The notes beneath the pieces are model-generated. The model had not been told where the DNA came from. It did not search any database and worked only from the letters and a program-made list of their open reading frames with translations. From Candidatus Saccharimonadota bacterium (GTDB lineage: Bacteria; Patescibacteriota; Saccharimonadia; Saccharimonadales; Saccharimonadaceae), in contig CP006915.1 of assembly GCA_000503915.1 (NCBI GenBank), forward strand, positions 540,001 to 572,000: a DNA stretch of 32,000 bases, given 5' to 3'. Below are positions 1 to 6,669 of this stretch, one piece after another; within the stretch, counting starts at the first letter, position 1, and each line of letters begins with the position of its first letter. The translations under genes were made by a program, and so were the position numbers.

Positions 1-2
1 AA

Positions 3-110
3 GATATGGGACTGAACCACCTCACAGTTGCAACACGTATTTCGCGTTTGAGAGCTCGTCTAGCGAAAGCATCTTTCACGCGTGAGTCTGTCGATCGCCT
101 GATACAATAG
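3..110 (+). CDS. 3' end of a gene starting left of the window (partial); C-terminus looks like an HTH / sigma-70 region-4-like helix
   Basis: Frame 3 is open from the window edge to TAG 108-110 and reads DMGLNHLTVATRISRLRARLAKASFTRESVDRLIQ*. It is not in the ORF track because it has no start in the window. Family call is by eye only. Confidence 0.3.
   Translation, partial: DMGLNHLTVATRISRLRARLAKASFTRESVDRLIQ
100..108 (+). promoter_or_regulatory. extended -10 (TGaTACAAT), leaderless layout for ORF 115
   Basis: TACAAT at 103-108 preceded by TGa. Only 6 nt (agaagt) separate it from ATG 115, and there is no SD. Confidence 0.5.
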
Positions 111-114
111 AAGT

Positions 115-537
115 ATGAAATACGAAGGCACACCGAAGTTCCTCGGCCTTTTAAAAGCTATGCAAGATTCATGGGGCCCTGAAACAAGTCTGGCCGGTGA
201 CAAATTGCCAAGTGATAACCCGGCACGGGGACAGTGTGTCGTTTCTTCGTTGGTGGTGCAGGACTTCCTAGGCGGCGATATCGTACGCGTGCATGTGACT
301 GGTGATGGCATTGATGAGAACCACTACTTTAATAAACTTGCCGACGGTACAGCCATTGATGTCACGCGCAAACAATATGAGGATAAGCCGATTACCCTAG
401 TAGATCATCCACCCGACCTAGAAAGTAACGGCTATTCTTCAATGCGAGAGCGCTGCTTGGCTGATGACGATACGCGTCGTAGGTACATGTTGCTCAAAGG
501 CATGGTAGACCAAAAGCTCGCAGAACTTCAAGGTTAA
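115..537 (+). CDS. small hypothetical protein, YunG-like (tentative)
   Basis: 140-aa ORF. The central ARGQCVVSSLVVQDFLGG...HYFNKLADGTAIDVTRKQY pattern resembles what I recall of YunG-family proteins. No search was run. Confidence 0.55.
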   Translation: MKYEGTPKFLGLLKAMQDSWGPETSLAGDKLPSDNPARGQCVVSSLVVQDFLGGDIVRVHVTGDGIDENHYFNKLADGTAIDVTRKQYEDKPITLVDHPPDLESNGYSSMRERCLADDDTRRRYMLLKGMVDQKLAELQG

Positions 538-613
538 ATGCGATAATAGAAAGTGAAGGGCAAAAAGTTACCAACAAGTGAGATAAGTGATATGAAAGTT
601 CTAAGGAGGATAC

Positions 614-997
614 ATGAAATACGAAGGCACGAAACTACCAGATTTTGAACCGCGCGACGAAGTAAAAGAACTTGAGATTATCGACGTAGAAGTCGGAAAT
701 GGAGAGGAAGTGAAAGCCGGCGCGACAATCACTGCGCACTATACCGGTGCACTGTGTAAAAACAGCATTATTTTTCAAAGCAGTCACGACTTTGGAAAGG
801 CGATTACCTTTGGTCTCGACCAAGTCATCAAAGGCTGGACACTCGGTGTACCCGGCATGAAAGTTGGAGGTACGCGCCGGCTGATCATCCCAGCTGAAAT
901 GGCATACGGTGAAGCCAGTCCAGCGCCAAACATTCCAGCAAACAGCGACCTGGTGTTTGACATCGACTTGGTGGCGATTCCACGAAACGGAGCATAG
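614..997 (+). CDS. FKBP-type peptidyl-prolyl cis-trans isomerase
   Basis: AAGGAGG SD at 604-610. Typical FKBP core: VKAGATITAHYTG...FGLDQVIKGWTLGVPGMKVGGTRRLIIPAEMAYG...LVFDIDLVAI. Confidence 0.9.
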   Translation: MKYEGTKLPDFEPRDEVKELEIIDVEVGNGEEVKAGATITAHYTGALCKNSIIFQSSHDFGKAITFGLDQVIKGWTLGVPGMKVGGTRRLIIPAEMAYGEASPAPNIPANSDLVFDIDLVAIPRNGA

Positions 998-998
998 G

Positions 999-1634
999 GT
1001 GGACGTGAAGGCTGGAAGCCCGTGGCAGAGACATTTCGGTCTAGAATGGACGCTCAGCGCTGTCGTAACACTAATAGCTCTGATCGCGTGGGTAACAACA
1101 CGACATATTGGCCAGCAGCCGCTCGGTGTCTATGATGTGTTCCCGATCTTTGGGCTGATCGCATTTAGCTGGATGTGGGTGGTGTATGTCAGCGGGGCAG
1201 CCAGGCGGCTTCTCAAGCTAGGAAAACCGCACGGTCATTTGTACTGGAGTGTGTCCTCAGGACTTATATTGGTAGCTATAATCATCCATCCACTACTCGT
1301 AAGTAGTGGCTTGGCCTGGGACGGTCTAGGATTACCGCCAGGTAGCTATTTTGCGGCCTATCAATCGCTTGGTTGGTTCCTCTTGCTAGGTTCAGCCGCA
1401 CTACTTGTCTTTTTATCATATGAGTTGAGACGGTGGTGGGGGAAAGCCAGCTGGTGGAAGTGGGTAGAATCCGCTCAAAAGCTGGCAATGGTAGCTATTT
1501 TCATCCATTCGCTCGTACTTGGCCGCGAGTTAACAGTCGGTTGGTTTAAGACTATCTGGTGGCTCTATGGCCTAACACTTATGGCTGCATGGGTATATAA
1601 TTATTACTATGATAAAAGAAGGGTCGGGAGGTGA
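999..1634 (+). CDS. polytopic membrane protein (possibly ferric-reductase-like His-containing TM domain)
   Basis: Track ORF 909-1634 overlaps the FKBP gene, so I prefer the GTG at 999, 2 nt after the FKBP stop. Several hydrophobic helices with intramembrane His (IIIHPLL, IFIHSLVLG). Family is tentative. Confidence 0.6.
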   Translation: MDVKAGSPWQRHFGLEWTLSAVVTLIALIAWVTTRHIGQQPLGVYDVFPIFGLIAFSWMWVVYVSGAARRLLKLGKPHGHLYWSVSSGLILVAIIIHPLLVSSGLAWDGLGLPPGSYFAAYQSLGWFLLLGSAALLVFLSYELRRWWGKASWWKWVESAQKLAMVAIFIHSLVLGRELTVGWFKTIWWLYGLTLMAAWVYNYYYDKRRVGR

Positions 1635-1637
1635 GAC

Positions 1638-2042
1638 ATGCATGTGAACAATAGGGTAATAGTAGGATTGTTGATCGCAGCGGTGCTGATAGTTATCGCA
1701 GCGGTAGCCTACGTGGTATTAATGCTACCAGGGGTCCGGCAGACATCTACAGCCGGTAAAGCGGAAAAGGGCCCTATAACTATCGTCTATACGGATAACG
1801 GTTTCCAGTCTCCAACGTATAAAGTAGCTAAAGGTGAGACAGTAACTGTTACCAACAAGTCGACCGGTGATTTGCAGTTTTCTTCTGGTAACCACCCAAC
1901 CCACTTAGAAGAACCCGAATTGAATATGAATATTCTAGCACCTGGCGAAAGCGCCAAATTTACTCCGACCAAAATCGGTACATGGACTTTCCATGACCAT
2001 TTGCATAGTGAACGCACAGGTACTCTGAGAGTGACGGAATAG
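1638..2042 (+). CDS. membrane-anchored cupredoxin-fold protein
   Basis: GGGAGGTGA SD. N-terminal TM helix followed by a cupredoxin-like beta domain (GETVTVTNKSTGDLQFSSGNHP...GTWTFHDHLH). No Cys ligand visible. Confidence 0.7.
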   Translation: MHVNNRVIVGLLIAAVLIVIAAVAYVVLMLPGVRQTSTAGKAEKGPITIVYTDNGFQSPTYKVAKGETVTVTNKSTGDLQFSSGNHPTHLEEPELNMNILAPGESAKFTPTKIGTWTFHDHLHSERTGTLRVTE

Positions 2043-2045
2043 CCG

Positions 2046-2693
2046 GTGAAGCTACTACTGACGTCGTCTGGGCTGAGTAAGCGGGATATTGGCCAAGCTC
2101 TGCAGGAGATGGTAGGGAAGGTGCCGAGCGACTGCAAAGTCGGCTTTATTCCAACAGCCGCGAACGTTGAGGCGTACAGTAAAGACTGGGTGATAGCACA
2201 GCTGAATCAGTTGCAGCGTTATGGCTTTTATCAGATCGACATCGTGGATATCAGCGCCGATGGCGTGGATTGGCAAACCCGGCTAGCGGATTGTGACGTG
2301 TTGTGGCTGACTGGCGGCAATACCTTCCACTTGCTCGACCAGGTGCGCAAGACCGGTTTTGACGAGTGGCTGAAGAAGAACATCGAGAGTAAAGTCTACG
2401 TTGGCGGGAGCGCCAGCACAATCCTGATGACACCGACGATCGCGATTGCCGGTTTTGGCGACCAAGACGAGAATCTGCCGGGACTCACCGATCTTACTGG
2501 TCTTGGCTATGTAGACTTCGAAGTGCAGTCACACTGCGACGAAGTCCGCATGAACGAGGCAGGTGAATACGCTAAAACAGCCGGTAATCCTGTCTACGCG
2601 CTCGATGACCTCAGCGCCATCCGGGTAATCGATGGCGTGGTGGACGTTGTCTCTGGCGGTACCTGGAAATTATACCCTGGCTCTTCGAAGTAG
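2046..2693 (+). CDS. peptidase S51 (peptidase E-like / type 1 glutamine amidotransferase-like)
   Basis: GTG start. KLLLTSSG N-terminus, LTGGNTFHLL and VGGSAS nucleophile-elbow motifs typical of the S51 family. Confidence 0.8.
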   Translation: MKLLLTSSGLSKRDIGQALQEMVGKVPSDCKVGFIPTAANVEAYSKDWVIAQLNQLQRYGFYQIDIVDISADGVDWQTRLADCDVLWLTGGNTFHLLDQVRKTGFDEWLKKNIESKVYVGGSASTILMTPTIAIAGFGDQDENLPGLTDLTGLGYVDFEVQSHCDEVRMNEAGEYAKTAGNPVYALDDLSAIRVIDGVVDVVSGGTWKLYPGSSK

Positions 2694-2700
2694 GGCGGGC

Positions 2701-2706
2701 TATAAT
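2701..2706 (+). promoter_or_regulatory. -10 TATAAT, leaderless layout for ORF 2713
   Basis: TATAAT at 2701-2706, 6 nt before ATG 2713, no SD. Confidence 0.45.
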
Positions 2707-2712
2707 ACGGAT

Positions 2713-3321
2713 ATGAAACCACGTCTCTTTGTTGATCAAAAGATTACTGCATTTGTGAATAAATATGAAGTTTTTGCTGCTGACGCCGACGGCAACAAAG
2801 TCGGTTTGCAAGCTTTGGCACAGCAAAAGCGGCTGGCGTTTAAAGAGAAAGTAACCTTCTACCAAGACGAACAAAAAAGTACTACAGTATTTAGCTTTCG
2901 GGCGGAGAAGGTACTGGATGTGCATGGGCGCTACTTTGTAGAAGATACTGATGGCCAGCTTATTGGCATGTTTAAAAAAGAATTCGGTCAGTCTCTCATA
3001 AGCAGTACGTGGAAGATATTGGACGCAAGCGGTGAAGAGCTTTTCACCGTGCGTGAAAGTAACAGCACACTGGCGGTGTTGCGGCGCTTTTTGGGGTATC
3101 TACCTCTCGTCGGCGATTTAGCAGAACTGGTACTACTATTTTTCCGTTATCATTTCAGCTTTATTGACGCTAAATCTGGCCAGGAAGTGGGGAAGTACCA
3201 GAAAGCCACTTTGCTCAGAGACCACTATACACTTTCGATGACCGATGAAGCCTACGGAACCTGCGACTGGCGCGTACTGGCGGCGATGGGAGTGGCGCTC
3301 GACGCTCTCCAGTCACGGTAG
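2713..3321 (+). CDS. LURP-one-related / Tubby C-terminal-like (scramblase-fold) protein
   Basis: I use the internal ATG 2713 (MKPRLFVDQKITAFVNKYEVF...), because the upstream part of track ORF 2632 overlaps the peptidase gene. Repeated beta-strand pattern plus a C-terminal hydrophobic helix, as in YxjI/LURP1-like proteins. By eye only. Confidence 0.55.
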   Translation: MKPRLFVDQKITAFVNKYEVFAADADGNKVGLQALAQQKRLAFKEKVTFYQDEQKSTTVFSFRAEKVLDVHGRYFVEDTDGQLIGMFKKEFGQSLISSTWKILDASGEELFTVRESNSTLAVLRRFLGYLPLVGDLAELVLLFFRYHFSFIDAKSGQEVGKYQKATLLRDHYTLSMTDEAYGTCDWRVLAAMGVALDALQSR

Positions 3322-3329
3322 GTAGAATT

Positions 3330-3827
3330 ATGAAAAAATCACCAGACGGATCAATTCACGCGAGAGTACGATCTGCAGGCCTGCCGGATTTAGCAACGAT
3401 CCAAGATATCAATTACGAATTATTTCTTATTGATTATGATTGGCATCAAGACCTCAATATCGAGTGGCCATATAATGAAGATGGCCTTCGCTATTTTACG
3501 AAATGTATCGAAGCCGAAGATTATGTCCTACTTGTAGCAGAAGTAGACAATCGTATAGTGGGCTATGTGGCGGGTGTGGTCAAACAGCCATTTTCTGCAG
3601 AAAAAGGAAAACGAGCAGAACTTGAGAATATGTGCGTCCTAGAGGAGTACCGCAGCCACGGCATCGGGGGACAGCTCGTCGATGCCTTTATGGAGTGGGC
3701 GAAAGACAAGGAAGTCGATATTGTTCATGTGATTGCTTACACGCCGAATGAGCGGGCGATCAATTTTTATAAGAAGAAGGGATTTTCGCCCTATGCACTT
3801 AATCTCTGGCAAAAAATAAAGAAGTAA
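3330..3827 (+). CDS. GNAT family N-acetyltransferase
   Basis: Acetyl-CoA binding motif region LENMCVLEEYRSHGIGGQLVDAFMEWAK and C-terminal NERAINFYKKKGF. Confidence 0.85.
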   Translation: MKKSPDGSIHARVRSAGLPDLATIQDINYELFLIDYDWHQDLNIEWPYNEDGLRYFTKCIEAEDYVLLVAEVDNRIVGYVAGVVKQPFSAEKGKRAELENMCVLEEYRSHGIGGQLVDAFMEWAKDKEVDIVHVIAYTPNERAINFYKKKGFSPYALNLWQKIKK

Positions 3828-3828
3828 C

Positions 3829-4560
3829 ATGGCGCGACTTCATACATATTCCCAGCACTTTTTGAAAAGCCCGCGCCTGGTCGCAGAGCTGGCTGGCCAC
3901 TCCAATATTCGAAAGAACGATCTGGTGTATGATCTCGGGGCGGGGAGCGGCGTGATATCGAGTGCCCTCGCGCGGCGGTGCAAACAAGTAGTGGCAGTCG
4001 AGATTGAGCCGCTTGCGCTGGAAAAGCTGCATAAAAATGTAGGTAACCTACAAAATGTCACAATCCTAAAACAGGATATCCTGACGCTCAATGAACCGGA
4101 CGGATCGTATAAAATCTTTGCGAACATTCCATTTTCGCTCAGCGCTGAAGTGATAAAAAAATTTACTGAATCACCACGGCCGCCAAAAACAATGTATCTG
4201 ATCGTGCAAAAACAATTCGCGCGTAAGCTTGTACCGGGCGACGATCATTTTACCAGTTTGCTCAGTGCTCAAGTTGGCATGCGTTTTGTGGTACGTATCC
4301 GTAAGCCACTCAATAAAACTGACTTTACACCGCCACCGGCTGTCGATACTGTACTTCTCGAGCTCAAACTACGAGATGAGCCGTTAGTACCGAGTAAAGA
4401 GCTTGAATCGTATCGACGCTACGTCGAAGAATGCTTCTCGCGGCAAAAATATTTTGCCGAGCAACCGTTGGCAGCAGCGGGCATATCGCCTGAGCTTCGT
4501 CCTTCACAGCTGACACTGGAACAGTGGGTCGCACTTTGGACTGCAAAAACTAAAAAATAA
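3829..4560 (+). CDS. Erm-like rRNA adenine N6-methyltransferase
   Basis: Starts 1 nt after the GNAT stop. YSQHFL (Erm-type SQNFL-like), SAM motif DLGAGSGVIS, catalytic NIPF, YLIVQ, F-P-PPAVD-VLLEL. The ~243-aa length matches Erm proteins rather than longer KsgA/RsmA. Confidence 0.7.
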   Translation: MARLHTYSQHFLKSPRLVAELAGHSNIRKNDLVYDLGAGSGVISSALARRCKQVVAVEIEPLALEKLHKNVGNLQNVTILKQDILTLNEPDGSYKIFANIPFSLSAEVIKKFTESPRPPKTMYLIVQKQFARKLVPGDDHFTSLLSAQVGMRFVVRIRKPLNKTDFTPPPAVDTVLLELKLRDEPLVPSKELESYRRYVEECFSRQKYFAEQPLAAAGISPELRPSQLTLEQWVALWTAKTKK

Positions 4561-4583
4561 CAATATCTTCCCGACGTGGCGCT

Positions 4584-4592
4584 TGCTACAAT
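4584..4592 (+). promoter_or_regulatory. extended -10 (TGcTACAAT) upstream of ORF 4625
   Basis: Same TGCTACAATAG motif as at 12223 and 18857. Here it lies 32 nt before the ATG (leadered, weak AAGG). Confidence 0.45.
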
Positions 4593-4624
4593 AGGCAGGA
4601 ACTAACTAGCAAAAAGGTAGCAAA

Positions 4625-5602
4625 ATGGAAGACATACGCGAGCCGACTGATATTTTCTTGTGGGCAAACCACACCGATGGGGTCAAGAACGACCTCGACA
4701 TCGAAGTATTTTTATTCAATAAACACTACACGCCATTTAGTATGCGTTTTTCGTCGGAGCTGGAAAACCAGATCCGAATACTTTTTTTGTACGACATGGT
4801 GAATGAAGTAAACATGGGCGCTGGAACTGGACTCAGCGTTCGTGATTTTGAGCTCAGTGAAGCGGAAGAAAATGTACTACTGAGAACAGAAAAAGAAAAA
4901 GTGACGCACGCCGCCGCGGTCACCTACTTGATTGAAAATAAACGCGATGAGATCGTCGAGTTTAGCGAGGAGGAGCACGAGTTTAAGCGTATGAAGGGAA
5001 TTATCGTACGCTTTTCGTCTAAAAGCGAGCCAAACAAACCGTTTTTTATTGCTAAAGCCTTGCAACAGAGTAATTCGCTCAAGGGAAGTGTCTCATGGGA
5101 GATTAATGGTGGACGCCTCGATAGTTTCAAAGCAGATATTGGCCTGAAAATTCCATCTGACAGCCAGGTGCTAATACTAGATGAAGATATTTTTATTTTT
5201 AATCAAACAAAGTTCGAAAAACTTTTTCAGTATGAGTACAAAAAGCAGCTATTGGCGGACAAAAAGGTTGCCGAAATCGAGCAGCAGTATAAGCTGAGTT
5301 TTCCCGAAGGACTTGACCTGCAGTCATTAGTCCGGGATCGTAAGAAAATTGTTACCAAACTGCAGAAGCTCGAGATTGGAAATGTGACACAGGAACAAGC
5401 GGTGAATCATGCTGATGAGATGCAACTGGAACTCATGACCGACGATGCCGGCGCGATTATCATTATGGACGGAAATGACCTCGATATGTTCGTGAACCTT
5501 ATTAACGAAGACTATATCACCAGCGAAATTACCGGCAAACGCTACGAGATAAAGAGCAAGAAGTTACTTGGAGAGCCCGAAGGTGAGCCGCCGCGAGGTT
5601 AA
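4625..5602 (+). CDS. DUF4868 / KwaB-like protein (Kiwa component-like), no KwaA partner
   Basis: 325 aa. The C-terminal half (DEDIFIFNQTKFEKLF...DRKKIVTKL...FVNLINEDYITSEITGKRYEIKSKK) matches the pattern I recall for DUF4868. No HMM search was run. Confidence 0.5.
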   Translation: MEDIREPTDIFLWANHTDGVKNDLDIEVFLFNKHYTPFSMRFSSELENQIRILFLYDMVNEVNMGAGTGLSVRDFELSEAEENVLLRTEKEKVTHAAAVTYLIENKRDEIVEFSEEEHEFKRMKGIIVRFSSKSEPNKPFFIAKALQQSNSLKGSVSWEINGGRLDSFKADIGLKIPSDSQVLILDEDIFIFNQTKFEKLFQYEYKKQLLADKKVAEIEQQYKLSFPEGLDLQSLVRDRKKIVTKLQKLEIGNVTQEQAVNHADEMQLELMTDDAGAIIIMDGNDLDMFVNLINEDYITSEITGKRYEIKSKKLLGEPEGEPPRG

Positions 5603-6075
5603 TTACCGTCGAGATAATTGAGGTTTGTATTATTCCATGCTGAAAAATACGGAGCACCTTTTGATTCGAGGCGGGTAGCAATAATGTAATCGTTAATATT
5701 GCCTGTATTTGTAAAGGTTGTTGCGCCGGTCTTCTTATACCTTCGTGTATAGTAGTAGCCATATTGGGTGTCTGTATTTGTAGGATCAACAAATTTACTG
5801 GCTGAATTTATCGGCATTGCTGTAATTCTGTATAGGGTGTTCGTACTGGTGCTATAGCATCCGTCGGTGCCAGAGCAGGTTGGATATGAGCCATTATCGA
5901 TATAGTAGACCTCGATCTGTTGTTTTAAGTCGCGCATGTCTGCAACTCGCTGCGTATCTCGTGCTCGTTGCTGGATGCCGTTATAGACGACAATCGTAAT
6001 CGCCGCTAGAATCGCGACCACCACGATAACGATCAAGAGTTCGACAATGGTAAAGCCACGTTTTTGTGTAACCAT
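5599..6075 (-). CDS. type IV pilin-like protein (prepilin N-terminal cleavage/methylation domain)
   Basis: MVTQKRG|FTIVELLIVIVVVAILAAI has the class III signal with Gly-1 and Glu+5. It is followed by YNGIQQRARD and a Cys pair. Confidence 0.9.
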   Translation of the reverse strand: MVTQKRGFTIVELLIVIVVVAILAAITIVVYNGIQQRARDTQRVADMRDLKQQIEVYYIDNGSYPTCSGTDGCYSTSTNTLYRITAMPINSASKFVDPTNTDTQYGYYYTRRYKKTGATTFTNTGNINDYIIATRLESKGAPYFSAWNNTNLNYLDGN

Positions 6076-6081
6076 AAGCGA

Positions 6082-6090
6082 ATTATAGCA
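6082..6090 (-). promoter_or_regulatory. extended -10 (TGcTATAAT) for pilin 1, leaderless layout
   Basis: Minus strand reads TGCTATAAT tcgctt ATG, with 6 nt between the -10 and the start at 6075. Confidence 0.55.
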
Positions 6091-6159
6091 CGGTCAAGCG
6101 CTGCGAGGTTAAAAGCAAGAAACTGCTCGATGAGAACCGGAAGGTGAGCCATAGTGGGG

Positions 6160-6629
6160 CTAGTGATTTACGGTTTTTTGCTGCAACGCCGAGTCGATCT
6201 CTAGTCGCCAGTTGAGGGTGTAGCTTGTACAGGCACTTTCACCTGCGACGCATAGGGTATTATCTGTCTTTTTAGAGTAATAGCTATATGCTGACACAGC
6301 TACGGCACTACCTGCGGAGCCTATTGAGTTAGTTGAGGTGAGGCACTGCTATCTTGTGGATTGATAAAAATACCTTGATCTTGAGAGGCAAAATGCGCTT
6401 TTCGCCAAACGGGATCGCGTATATCGACCGTATTTGGAAAAAATCCGTTATCAATATAGTACATTTCAAGCACCTTTTGAACCGATAACATATCTTGTTG
6501 GCGTTCGGCATCCCGTGCCCTGGATTGAACTCCATTATAGGTCACACTTGTAACCGCCGTGAGAATAGCGATCACAACAATAACAATAAGCAGTTCGACG
6601 ATAGTAAAACCACGCATATTAGTAACCAT
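6160..6629 (-). pseudogene. type IV pilin paralog, reading frame broken near 6321-6348
   Basis: Start at 6629 (MVTNMRG|FTIVELLIVIVVIAIL). Frame A stops at 6321-6323 after 102 codons. Another frame stays open from 6348 to TAG 6160-6162 and reads ...SAYSYYSKKTDNTLCVAGESACTSYTLNWRLE..., which parallels the C-terminus of pilin 1 (YGYYYTRRYKKTG...IIATRLE). Confidence 0.6.
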
Positions 6630-6635
6630 AAGCAA

Positions 6636-6644
6636 AGTATAGCA
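6636..6644 (-). promoter_or_regulatory. extended -10 (TGcTATACT) for pilin 2, leaderless layout
   Basis: Minus strand reads TGCTATACT ttgctt ATG, 6 nt before start 6629. Paralogous to the pilin 1 promoter. Confidence 0.5.
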
Positions 6645-6653
6645 CGCCTCTGA

Positions 6654-6662
6654 TGGTACAAT
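6654..6662 (+). promoter_or_regulatory. extended -10 (TGgTACAAT) for the helicase gene, leaderless layout
   Basis: TACAAT at 6657-6662, 7 nt before ATG 6670. Back-to-back with the pilin 2 -10 inside a 40-bp divergent intergenic region. Confidence 0.5.
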
Positions 6663-6669
6663 AGGAAGG

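Noticed and set aside
60-311. 83-aa minus-strand ORF at the left edge
   Set aside because: It is antisense to the YunG-like ORF and the upstream gene end. Pro/Cys/Thr/Arg-rich translation, no start context.
909-998. Upstream part of ORF 909-1634
   Set aside because: It overlaps the 3' end of the well-supported FKBP gene in another frame. A GTG at 999, right after the FKBP stop, gives a sensible membrane-protein start.
2632-2712. Upstream part of ORF 2632-3321
   Set aside because: It overlaps the peptidase S51 3' end. ATG 2713, 6 nt after a TATAAT, fits the local leaderless pattern.
4625-5602. Calling a complete Kiwa defence system
   Set aside because: Only a KwaB-like gene is visible. No 4-TM KwaA-like ORF is adjacent on either side.
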